A stretch of 64,000 bases of DNA from an uncultured delta proteobacterium (GTDB taxonomy: Bacteria > Desulfobacterota > Binatia > UBA9968), in contig CAVUZH010000003.1 of NCBI GenBank assembly GCA_963745835.1, positions 864,001-928,000 on the forward strand, read 5' to 3'. Position 1 is the stretch's first letter; every line of letters starts with the position of its first letter. The position numbers were made by a program, and so were the translations under genes. Of the stretch, positions 1-10,890 are shown piece by piece. The notes under the pieces were generated by a model, which saw only the letters and a list, made by a program, of their open reading frames with translations, had not been told where the DNA came from and ran no database searches.

Positions 1-1666
1 CACTTCCACATCTTACATGGTGGTGACCAGTGGGCCAACTTCGTCCAGTGGTTTAGCATGATCGGTAGCATTATTGGTGTCTCGTTACTTGCCAAGGAAT
101 TGGGGGCCGAAAGAGAGGCCAGGTGCTTGCTGCGGTCATAGCTGCAACCATTCCGATGGGCATCCTCCAGGCATCAAGCACTCAAAACGATTATGTCACG
201 GCATTCTGGTTGGTTTGTTTAATGTACTATATCTTGCCGCTTCCAAACAGAACCAAGCTTCGCCAGTGCCGTCGGAGTTGGTGCCAGCCTCGGATTGGCA
301 CTATTGACCAAAGCCCACTGCTTATATGTACGCAGTTCCTCTCATGATCTGGTTTACTGTTTCGGGGCTTGGTGGGCTTGCGCTGGAAGAGCTGGAAAAC
401 CTGGCAGATGTTCGTCTTAATAGCGGGTGACTCGCGCTGAGGCATTAATATCGGGCCATTATGCTCGTAATTTTGACCTCTGGGGAAATCCCCTCGGTAT
501 CGAGCAAGGGGATCCCCATCCCAACAAGCGTCTCTTGGCGTCGCGGTAATCGTCTCAAACGTCCATCCGCAGTATGAGTCTCCATATTGGCACCCGCAGT
601 TTGCAGCTCAATGAAGTGATTCGTGACGAGAATTCAATCGCTTCACAGAGCTATTGGTATTGATGTGAACGATCGCGCGGACCACATTCAGTCGGTGAGT
701 TTTCACCAAAACTGGTTTTCAATCACGAGGATAGGGCCGGTAATCCTATCCATCTTATGATCATCATCGGATCGCTTACGCTTCTTTTTGCATCAACGGA
801 GCCACGGCGATCACAAGCATCTGCCTTGTGCCATATGCAATCGTCCTAATCAGTGGCTTTTCTCATTTATTGTCTGTCGGCTCTTAAATGGGAAGTCTGG
901 CAAAGCCGATCACCATCTCCCGCTTTTTGTTCTTTGTTCCCGTTTATTTCTTCTGTTCTCCTTAGGAAATCAAACTCATTTTGTCAATATGGTTAGTCGC
1001 TACTATCTTAGCAGTCTGCGTCAATACTGTACATGTCTCGATATGCATTGTCCTTGCAATAGCCTTACTCATTCTCTCTTTATATTTTAAGTGGCAAAGT
1101 CTGGTCGCAACCAGAGCCATCTCATCAGTTTCTATGGTTGCTGGCATTTTTACTGGCTGCGTTCAACATTTTATGTTTTCCGCAACCAAACTAGGCCTCT
1201 CGTAGGGACTGACGGATAACAAAACGATACTCAACACGAATAGAATTGACCAGCTGTTTATATTCTAGTCATATCGGGAACTCCGGGACCGCTTATTATA
1301 ACGTCGCACACTTTATAACTAGCCAGAACTGCAGCTGACGTGGGGCTCATTACCGGTAGCTGGGGTCGGGAGTACCTCTTTTGGGTTCTCTTGGAAGAAA
1401 CGACAGCGAAGCAAAGATCCGCATGGAGCATGTTAATGTTACAGAACATTTCTGAGCCTCAAATCTGAGGTACTAACCGTTTAGCTGACTTTTCTCCCTG
1501 CGCGATTATAGTTGTTGACACGGATGAGTATACATCACCGACAGCCTAGTGAACATGTCGTATATCGAAGGCATGGTCATCAGGCCCTGTGCGGATCTAC
1601 AAAACACGTACCACTTTGAGAGTGAAAGCGTGTTGGTGCCGAAGGTCTGCGCTCTCAGCAGGTTAG
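1..1666 (+). CDS. 5'-truncated, multiply frameshifted polytopic membrane glycosyltransferase-like protein (GT-C/ArnT-PMT-like)
   Basis: Fragments in shifting frames join into one hydrophobic protein: HFHILHGGDQWANFVQW..., LAAVIAATIPMGILQASSTQNDYVTAFWLVC, GASLGLALLTK, HYARNFDLWGNPLG, NHEDRAGNPIHL, ...KAWSSGPVRIYK (stop 1664-1666). The end is approximate. Confidence 0.6.
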
Positions 1667-1837
1667 CAGAGATGATCAGCTTAGGGTGCCGTGCCTCATA
1701 TGCGGCTTCGGACGACTCATGGCTGAAAACAAATGAAAATGCGCTCTGACAACGACAAAATCCTCCTCGGATCAATGCGGCCGTACTCCTGTGTGTAGGC
1801 ATCAGGCTGGCTCTTATACATCGCTATTGGTCATCGA

Positions 1838-3625
1838 ATGATTGAAGCAATCTACGCCGGTCCGTGGATAGAATTTCTACACAAGGCAATGATGATGGAG
1901 GGCCAAAGCATCCTGCCACTGGACCATTACTTTCGGGGCGCCGAAAAGTTAATGTGGTCGGCCACCTTCGCGGCGGCGCTAGTGGTGGCTAGCTCAATTT
2001 TGATCGTAAAGAGTCCGCCGAACATTACCCGTTCCGTTTTGTGTTTCATTTTCGTTATGTTCGGTCTGTCCGTCTCCGCGATTGCCTTTCTCTACCCGCT
2101 GGAGATTGAGACCCGCGAGTCCACCGTCTGGCTCCATGTCTTAGCGCTGAGGCACGGCATCAATATTTACGACCATTCTCAAGTGGCATTTATCAACCAG
2201 AACCATGGTCCCTTTGACCCACTCTTTAAACTCTCAATTGCTACGCTGTTTCCTTTTCTCGAGTCATGGCAGGTTGCTCGGGTCTCCGTTCTGCTGCTTC
2301 CTTACGCTTTCTTGTTGGTCGCCTGGAAATCGCTGTCCAAGCAGTCGAGATCTCTTTTGGATCCTCTCTATTTGGGTTCAATTGGATACTTGTTTTTGAT
2401 TGTAACGGCGAAGGAGTTTATTTTCGTTGGACGGTCGGACGCAACCGCCGCACTGCTGCTTTTGCCTTTGATCTACTTTTCGTTTGCGTTGGCCCCGACA
2501 ACGCTTGGGAGCAACGCAGTGATAGGGGGCCTTTGGGGTGCGCTCGGAATTTCGGTGATACTGACCAACTGGCGGATGTTGCCTGTCGTATCTGCGCTAT
2601 TTCTGTTCACTTTGTGGATGCTGCGCTTCAAGCACGTTCTAAAATTGCGGAACATCGCTACCTACATTGCGGGCTGTGCTTGCTCAATGGCGGTCATCTT
2701 AGCGTTAGTGTTGTACTACTCGTTCGATTTCGATCTTCCGCTCTACTACAAACATTTCTTCGGGACTTATACTGCAGCATCTGGGCATGGACACCGAACT
2801 TACGCCCATGCTTCGCCTATCTGGTTTTTTGGCTCCCTGCTCAACCCTACGGCCAATCTGGATAATCTCAAAGGCGGACCCGTGCTTTGGGCCTTGGCCC
2901 TATATCTTTTGCTTCCTGGAAAACTTTCCGCCGAGAACCGAGCTTGGTTGTTGCTCGGTGTTGTCGTCTTCACGGCTTGCACGGCGGCATACTTCTTTAA
3001 CTACTATGGCGGCGGACAATGGTACTATATCCCATTTGTGATTATTCTATGGTTTTTCCTCTGCGCCAACTACCGGTCCATGTCCACACTCAGGCAGGCC
3101 GGCGTCGGAGTGCTAGCGGCCGTCTTACTCTGCGTGAATGCCGGCACCGTTGTAAAGCCTTCGATGCAGCGGGTCGCTTCCTTCACTGGAGCGGCGAACT
3201 TCATGGGCGAAGTTAGGTCATTACAAGCCAGACACAGTATTGTCAGTGAAGACATGTTTTTCTTCAGGACGTCTTACCAGGGCGAGCTTATTGATATGGG
3301 CGACATGATCTCGCGCATCAGAAGCAGGAGCAACTACTATGGTGACGAATTCAATCAGACGGTGGATCGCCACTTCGAGCAAATAAAAAAAGATCCGCCA
3401 GACTACATCGTGACCGGTTTCACCGCCAGTCCGGAATTGCGCAGATTCGCCGAACAAAACTATTTGTGGGTAGCCAGCGGCCCAGCCAATTTCACAGCTA
3501 ATGGCTTCGGAGAATCACAGTTGCTCAGGCGTAAGGATTTGCTCGACGCGCAGCAGCCGCCAAGTCAGCACCGCCGTCACGCGGTTTCCTTGCTGGAAAG
3601 TCTTTCCACAACTCCGCATCGCTAA
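1838..3625 (+). CDS. Polytopic membrane protein, putative GT-C fold glycosyltransferase
   Basis: 595 aa ORF with many TM segments, an acidic loop after the early TMs (EIETRE, HGPFDPL), a GRSD motif and a soluble C-terminal domain. Confidence 0.55.
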   Translation: MIEAIYAGPWIEFLHKAMMMEGQSILPLDHYFRGAEKLMWSATFAAALVVASSILIVKSPPNITRSVLCFIFVMFGLSVSAIAFLYPLEIETRESTVWLHVLALRHGINIYDHSQVAFINQNHGPFDPLFKLSIATLFPFLESWQVARVSVLLLPYAFLLVAWKSLSKQSRSLLDPLYLGSIGYLFLIVTAKEFIFVGRSDATAALLLLPLIYFSFALAPTTLGSNAVIGGLWGALGISVILTNWRMLPVVSALFLFTLWMLRFKHVLKLRNIATYIAGCACSMAVILALVLYYSFDFDLPLYYKHFFGTYTAASGHGHRTYAHASPIWFFGSLLNPTANLDNLKGGPVLWALALYLLLPGKLSAENRAWLLLGVVVFTACTAAYFFNYYGGGQWYYIPFVIILWFFLCANYRSMSTLRQAGVGVLAAVLLCVNAGTVVKPSMQRVASFTGAANFMGEVRSLQARHSIVSEDMFFFRTSYQGELIDMGDMISRIRSRSNYYGDEFNQTVDRHFEQIKKDPPDYIVTGFTASPELRRFAEQNYLWVASGPANFTANGFGESQLLRRKDLLDAQQPPSQHRRHAVSLLESLSTTPHR

Positions 3626-3642
3626 CCAAAGCAGGAGGCGCA

Positions 3643-4788
3643 GTGGGTCTCGAAAACAGTCATTGGGAACTTTTACTCTACAAGTTGCGCCAGATCGGGC
3701 TGCGCGACAGCATACGCGTGGCTTTCCTTGACTTGTCAGAGGATCTTTTGTGCCGGCTCGCCAAGCGGGTTCCCTCTTTAACCGTATCGCCGCGTTCCAT
3801 TCAGATCGAGTGCACGACCCGCTGCAATCTCAAATGCACGATGTGCGAAATTTCCTATTGGACCGAACCGGGCGGCGATTTAGAAATCGAAAAACTCCGC
3901 ACCATGCTGGACCACCTGCCGCGGCTGAGGCGGGTGGATCTCACCGGGATTGGAGAGGCGTTGATGAACCGCGGTTTTTTCAAGGCGCTCAAACTCCTCA
4001 AATCGCGCGGGTTGTACGTCACGCTAAACGATAACTTTACTATGATGACCGAGGAGGCGGCGCGACGCATCGTCGAGTTGGGAGTAGATCAAATCTTTCT
4101 TTCGCTCGATGGTGCAACGAAACAGACCTACGAAAAGATCCGTGTCGGCGCCAATTTCGAAAAAGTGATTGGCAATGCTAGGCGTCTCGTCGAAATGAAA
4201 AGGCAAATGGGGAAAAAACGGCCGGAAGTTAAAGTTAATGCGGTCGTGTCCGCGGACAATTACCGGGAGCTTCCCGCAAATTGTCGATCTCACCCATGAA
4301 CTTGGCATTGGGATGGTGCAGTTTGTCAACGTGATGGTATTCGAAAATACGGCTGCTCTTGATACGTCAGGCCTGCAAGGCGAAGTCCAAGCGAAATTTC
4401 AGGAAGCGCTGACGCGAGCACGCCGCTGTGGTGTTCTTGTCAAGATTGAGCTGTTTGACAAACGTCCGGTCAAGTCGTGCGATTTTCCGTGGAAGCGGAA
4501 TTTCGTGAGCTACGACGGCTACGTTCATCCTTGCTGCTACACGACTCAGACAGGGGATCGTGCGTCGCAGAATCAACGCAGTTTCGGTAATCTGATCAAC
4601 AGCTCGATTTCAAGAAATCTGGAAAAGTAAGACATTATTCGTCATTTCGCAACAAGATGCAAGCGGGAATTTTGCCCGAGGCCTGCGAGCATTGCCCGAA
4701 ATACTTCGGCAAACCGGACCGGTCGCCCGTCACTGGCGACGCACCGGTCCCGGTTGAAAGCCTGAACGCCAAGTCGCCTGCCGCGTAA
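3643..4788 (+). CDS. Radical SAM protein with SPASM/twitch domain (frameshifted near 4280 and 4610-4640)
   Basis: CNLKCTMC CxxxCxxC motif, LTGIGEAL and SLDGAT. The next frames carry CDFPW...DGYVHPCC...FGNL and PEACEHCPKY, ending at TAA 4786-4788. Confidence 0.85.
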
Positions 4789-4851
4789 TTCCAAGATCGT
4801 GATGAAGACAGCGGATATGGACAGCGAATCGGTTCCAACCGAGTCCGCGGC

Positions 4852-5766
4852 ATGCGCAGCCGAGCGATAAAACAATTTCCTAAAGTCGGCGTCGTAATCT
4901 TAAATTACAACGGCAGGTCCCTCGCCGAACAATGTGTCCGCAGCGTGTTGCAATGTGGCTATCGCAACACGGACATAATTCTTGTTGATAACGCTTCGAC
5001 GGATGGTTCGCTCGATCACCTCAGCGCAATGTTTCCCCTGATGCACGGCGTCGCCAATTCTGAGAATCTCGGCATCGCGGGCGGCCGCAACCGCGGTTTT
5101 GTCGAGGCGATCCATCGGGGCGCGGAGTACGTTCTGTCGCTCGACAATGATACGCGTATTGACCCGGGGCTGATCGATGCTTTGCTTGCGGTAGCAGAAT
5201 CGGACCCGCGCATCGGCATTGTCGGCCCAAAGACCTACATGGACGACGGTGCAGCAAGAATGCAGTGCGCAGGCGGCCGGATTACTTACACGCAGAATGT
5301 CTGCTCGGAGCGTGGCAGAGGGAAAACCGACCATGGTCAATACGACCGGATAGAAGATGTCGATTATTTTCCCGGCTTCGGCTTCATGGCTCGACGCGAG
5401 GTTTTTGAAAAGCTGAATTTTCTCGACGAGCGTTTCTATGGATACGGCCACGAGGATACTGATTTTTGTGTGCGCGCCGGCTCGGCTCGGTTATCGCATA
5501 GTGTATGTGCCTGCAGGCGGTCATGTGGCATCGCGGCTCGGCGACAATCGGCAGCTACAGTCCGCGTAAGAAATATCTCGAGGCGGTGAATTCGGTTTAT
5601 TTCGTCCGCAAATACGGAAGTATTCAGCAGTGTCTAAAGTACGGATTCTTTGCCGGTCTTGGGGCTGATTTATGCGTTTATCGTGCAATCGTCCCGCGGT
5701 AATCATTCGGCAGTTCTCGCCAAGGCGAGAGGAATATGGGATGGGTTACGCAAGCCAGCGGCATGA
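4852..5766 (+). CDS. GT2 family glycosyltransferase (WbbL/rhamnosyltransferase-like), frameshifted
   Basis: VVILNYNG, LVDNASTDGS, NLGIAGGRNRG, LDND and EDTDFC motifs. The C-terminus continues in other frames (VMWHRGSAT...GIWDGLRKPAA*). Confidence 0.85.
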
Positions 5767-5789
5767 ATTCAATAGATTAGCTCACGCAC

Positions 5790-7810
5790 ATGGACTCTGA
5801 ACTCGCTGGACCAAAACAGGCAATGCAGGCTGAGGAAAATAGCCGCGTGCAGATTGTCTCAAGGCGATTGGTGTATTCCCGTGTGGCGATCGAGCTGTTC
5901 TGGTGGCATTTCGCGTTATTGGTGCCGACCATCGGATTTAAGTACCTGTACGTCCGCCGAATGGCCTTCACCGCCGGACTCGACAGTATAGTCGGATCCG
6001 GGGACTCAGCCGTACATCGGTACATCAATTTACTCCTGCTCGTAACCGTCGACATCCTGGAAGTTTCGGTGATCGTTGGCGCGCTATTCCTAGTCGGGCG
6101 GCTGCTACGATTGCCCGCCAAAGCTCTGATCTTTGTCAGTGTTTTTCTGTGTCTGGTGATTATGGGAGCAAACCAGTATTCTCTTTTGCTCGTCGCCAGT
6201 CTCTTTACAATCGATACGTTGGCAATCAGCGTAAGCTGGGCAAAGGAGCACCCTTACATCCTGTGGCAATCTGTGGGTCTACCCGAGATTGGCTTCCTGG
6301 TGCTGGCCGCGTTGTGGTCGTTGTTTTTCGCTGTTCTGCCGTTCTCTCGAATCGGGCCTCATGGATTTCTGTCTAATTTCGCCGTGCGTCGGTCTTCGTT
6401 TCTTTTGAAAATAGTTCTAATTGCCTCCGGGTTCGGGCTACTAACTTTGTCGCGGATGGACTCACAGTACCCGGCGGTGCTCCGCGGCTATTGGAGTTCC
6501 ACACTGGTGTCTTTCCTCAAGCTTGATGCACCCGAGCTGCCGAACTAGCAGTACCACCGGTCAAAGCGCTCCGCGCTGATTATGAGCGTTTGGCGTATCC
6601 ACAGGGCAAGGAACCGGCGCCACATTGGTTAACAGCAGTGTCAAGCGACAAGCTTAATCCAAGGCATATCGTAATCGTGGTGTTAGAAACCGCGCCGCGA
6701 AGATACTACCCAGTTGATCAATAATCCGAAGTTGCCGGTGTTTAATCGGATGAGCCAACATGCCATCGTCAGCGACCATCACTATGCGATGAGCCCGTAT
6801 ACGTGGTGGAATAATGCCAGCATCGTGAGCGGAAGTTATTTCGTACAGAAGGGCAAAGGTATTTTCGATTACGGGGACTTCCGGTCCGACTCCATCTCTT
6901 CGATCCTGGGCAAGCACGGGTATATTGCGACATTTGTCGAATCATCCAAGCACGGTTGGGGAAAAACTACCGGGTTCTGGAAAAACTTTGGCTTCACGAA
7001 TCTATTTGATACGGAAAATGATCCGAAGCCGTTTGACCGCAGCTCCTATTCCGTGACGGTCGATAAGGAGAGGCAATCGTTTGTGCGCGCAGTTCAAGCC
7101 ATTAACGATGCTGAAAGTCGACAGAAAAAGGCTTTTGTGATGGTCGGCACGACCATCGGGCATTATCCATGGGCCGGCAAAACCCGGAGCTGAGGGGCGG
7201 AGCAGTGAGGAGAAGTTGTTTGATATCGCCGCGATGTTCGACGAGCTAATGGGCGAATTTCTGCAGTCCTTAAAAGATCATGGTTTGGACGATCAGGTGC
7301 TGATCGTTGTTACCGGAGATCATGGATTTCGAATGCGCACGGAATTTGAGTCCGTAGGTTTGCAAGCGGAACACGGCGATGTCGCTTTCAACGTGCCGTT
7401 TCTTTTATACGGACCGGGGCTTTTCGAAAAGCAGATCCGGCTGCCGTACGTGACATCGCATGTCGATATTGCGCCGACATTGCTGGCACTGAGCGGTATC
7501 CAAGATGATTCATGGTTGCACCACGGGACCCACATGCTGGATCAGAGACTCAGCGAACGGGTCGACGTTCATGATGAACACAAATCTGTCACCAGTCAGC
7601 GGATTCCGTTGGAACGGCTGTCATTACACCCTCAACGATTTGACAGGGAAGGTGCAGGTGCGTGATGTCTCCTCGATTGAGTCTAGAGAAACCTCCCAAT
7701 GCGAGGGAACGTCGGCCATCTTATCGGACGATGCCGTAAGATCGATGTTGGAGGCAGCGAACCGGCAGTTCCAACTCACTTTGGCCAATTTTCATCAGCG
7801 AGGGCAGTAA
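5790..7810 (+). CDS. LTA synthase/sulfatase-fold membrane protein (phosphoform transferase-like), split by frameshifts
   Basis: N-terminal TM region (5790-6548), then RHIVIVVLET, SPYT (Thr at the presumed nucleophile site), GHYPW, VTGDHG, VPFLLYGPG and SHVDIAPTLL across ORFs 6714, 7216 and 7505. Confidence 0.75.
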
Positions 7811-7857
7811 TGCCAGGATGGTCCGAGCCCTCTTAAACCTCGCGACCCACAGACGTT

Positions 7858-9463
7858 ATGCGATCAACAGCAAAGATAGATTCTCCATCTCACTGCTACT
7901 ATGGTATCGAAGGGACTGATCCTGCATCGTCAATGCTCGCGGAACGACAGGGCATAAACCAAGGTTGGGATTGGCGGCAGCACTTGCGAACTTTAGTTCC
8001 AATTGTCGGCATATTTGTGGTTTTAGCTTGTTACGGCATCGACCGGCAAAGCCTGTGGGAGGATGAATACAACAGCCTCTGGCGTGTCACTACCTCTAAA
8101 TATCCCGTTTGGAAGGATGGTCACGGGTTTCTTTATTTTGCCTTGCTTAATTTATGGATCCAATTTGGAACGTCCGAATTGGTATTGCGTTCTCTATCGG
8201 TTTTAATCGGAGCATTGGCAGTTTGTCTCACCTACGTAGTGGGAATGGAGTTGCTTGGATCGGCGGGTTGCGGTAGTGGGGACGTGGCTCATTGCGACCT
8301 CCCCATTCCTCATCTGGTATAGCCAGGAGGCCCGCTACATCACTTTGGTGCTGGCCGCAACTTTACTTAGCATGTATGCATTTCACCGGGTGATTTCCCG
8401 CCCAACTTTTGCCTGGTGGTTCGCTTATGGTGCGGCAACTCTGCTTGCTTTCTTTTCTTTTCTGTCAATGGTTTTATTGGCAGTGGTTCAAGGACTGTAC
8501 TTATTGGGAAGTCCTCGCCGGTTCCTTCTGAGAAGATGGTTAGTTTGCCAGGTCTTGGTATTCGCTCTATTTGGTTGGTGGTTTGTCAAGGGAACTCATT
8601 TTTTGCCTGCACTGATGGAAGCCAGAGGAAGAGGTCAGCAGGTTATAGCAAATCCAGATGTGTTTCCTTTCACAGGTGAGTTTAATGAGGTCCGGTTGGC
8701 GGTGCTTCCATACACATTTTTTTCCTTCAGCGGTGGTTTTTCACTGGGTCCATCGGCAAGAGAACTTTACTCAGATCGGACTCTCGCCCCATTGGCGCCT
8801 TACGCTCCCATGCTTGTTACGCTTGGACTTCTCTATGGCGGGTTACTTCTGTCCGGGCTAATTGCTACCCACAGGCAAGGAGACTCGTGGATACTTCTCG
8901 GGTTATGGATGAGTATTCCCATCTTAGGAGTGTTCGGCATCGCGACCTTGCTTAATATTTATTATGACGTGCGATACGTCGCTACAGCATTCCCAGCCTA
9001 TATTCTTCTTCTTGCTGCAGGAATTATAGGGCTGAAAAAACGCGCCGTGCAGATGTTATTGTTGGGAGCAGTCCTAACGGTTCACGGTGTAGCCTTGGCT
9101 AATTATTACTTTGAACCGCGATACGCCCGTGAGGATACCCGCGCGGCAGCAGACTATTTAGAAACCGCGGCCGGACCGCGGGACGTATTCTTGATTGTCG
9201 GGACCGAAAGTTCGTTGCCACATTACTACAAGGGAAATTTGCCGCTGGTCGATTTCAGAACTCTTCAGCCTGCGGAACAACCGCTGAAAGAAAAATTACG
9301 CAAGCTCAGCACGAATCATGATCGCATATGGTTGGTGCAGATCAGGCCATGGCAGGTGGACCGTTCGGGAACCATAAAAGCGGAGCTGGATAGCACCTAT
9401 CAGATCGTCGAGCAGCAGCATTTTTCTGGCATAGACATCTATTCTTATCGAATCTCCGAATAA
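7858..9463 (+). CDS. GT39/PMT_2-like membrane glycosyltransferase (one frameshift near 8255)
   Basis: SLWEDE, LYFALLNLW, SELVLRSLS, then SPFLIWYSQEARY, REDTRAAADYL and RIWLV, typical of GT-C mannosyltransferase-like proteins. Confidence 0.85.
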
Positions 9464-9594
9464 TCGTCAGTTCCATAGCAATGTCGCCTACTCAGTTGTC
9501 GAATAAAATTATGCTCGTCGCCTGCCACGGCTACATACAGTAGTCACCAACGCGTATTTATCTATTCATTCGGCTCGCCATAGACGGGAGGATT

Positions 9595-10809
9595 ATGAGT
9601 GCCTCACCTACTGTCTCTCTGAAGCAAAAGCAGTCCCTGCCGTTTGACGATATCCCGATAGAAGTATCCGTTGTGATACCCTGCTTGAACGAGGCTGATA
9701 CCTTGGAGACTTGCATCGTCAAGGCTCGGCGGGCGCTGTGCAAGAATAACATTCGGGGGGAAATCATCGTTGCCGACAACGGCAGCACGGACGGATCGCC
9801 CGCAATCGCCAGCCGAATGGGAGCTAGAGTCGTCCACGTCAAGCGCGCAGGTTACGGTAGCGCTCTCATGGGTGGGATGGCGGCGGCTCGCGGGGGTCTC
9901 ATCATTATGGGCGATGCCGACGATAGCTATGATTTTCTCGAAATCCCGCGTTTCGTGGAAAAGCTGCGAAGTGGTTTCGACTTAGTACTAGGGTGTCGTC
10001 TCCCGTCAGGCGGAGGAGCAGTGCAGCCGGGCGCCATGCCGTTTCTACATCGTTGGCTGGGCAATCCTGTTTTATCAGGCATGACCCGGAAGATGTTCCA
10101 CGCGCCTATCCACGATGTCTATTGTGGGATGCGGGGCTTCACCAAGGCGCTATACAACAGTCTCGACCAACGGTGTACCGGAATGGAGTTTGCCCCGGAG
10201 ATGATTATAAAAGCTAGCCTCTTCGGCGCCAGGATTGCCGAAGTCCCAATTACTCTGTATCCGGACGGACGCAAATCCCACGCGCCGCATTTAAGAACTT
10301 TCCGCGACGGCTGGCGGACATTGCGCTTCTTCTTATTGTATAGCCCGCGCTGGCTGTTCCTGGTACCCGGATTGTTGCTGATATCTCTTGGTTTGATCGG
10401 ATATGCCGTGGCGATGCCGGGGATGACGTTCAACGGTGTAACTTTCGATGCGCACACCTTGCTGTTTGCCAGCCTCGCGATTCTTTGCGGTTACCAATCA
10501 AGCCTGTTCGCGATCTTTAGTAAAACCTTTGCGGTCAGCGAGGGCCTGATTCCCGAGGACCGTCGGTTGACCCGGTTTTTTGAAGTCATCAATCTTGAGA
10601 GAGGTCTCATCATATCCGGGGTAACATTGGTTTTCGGTATTGCTCTACTGGCCGCAGCAGTGAACCAATGGCGACTGACTGGCTTTGGGAACTTGGATTA
10701 CGCTGAGACAATGCGCCTAGTGGTTCCCGGCGTAACGCTCACGGCTTTAGGATTTCAGACAACGCTATCAAGCTTCTTCGTCAGTATTTTGGGATTGCGC
10801 CGGCGATGA
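9595..10809 (+). CDS. DPM1-like GT2 polyprenol-phosphate glycosyltransferase with C-terminal TM helices
   Basis: SVVIPCLNEA, ADNGSTDGS, GYGSALMGG, MGDADDSYD, CTGMEFAPEM and PHLRTFRDGWR, followed by a hydrophobic C-terminus. Confidence 0.92.
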   Translation: MSASPTVSLKQKQSLPFDDIPIEVSVVIPCLNEADTLETCIVKARRALCKNNIRGEIIVADNGSTDGSPAIASRMGARVVHVKRAGYGSALMGGMAAARGGLIIMGDADDSYDFLEIPRFVEKLRSGFDLVLGCRLPSGGGAVQPGAMPFLHRWLGNPVLSGMTRKMFHAPIHDVYCGMRGFTKALYNSLDQRCTGMEFAPEMIIKASLFGARIAEVPITLYPDGRKSHAPHLRTFRDGWRTLRFFLLYSPRWLFLVPGLLLISLGLIGYAVAMPGMTFNGVTFDAHTLLFASLAILCGYQSSLFAIFSKTFAVSEGLIPEDRRLTRFFEVINLERGLIISGVTLVFGIALLAAAVNQWRLTGFGNLDYAETMRLVVPGVTLTALGFQTTLSSFFVSILGLRRR

Positions 10810-10890
10810 CTCGATTTGTTTTTTTAGACCGCGCGGTTGTCAGCCTCTTAGACGCAGTGAATAACGGCCAGCACCAAGCAATGCTTCTTC

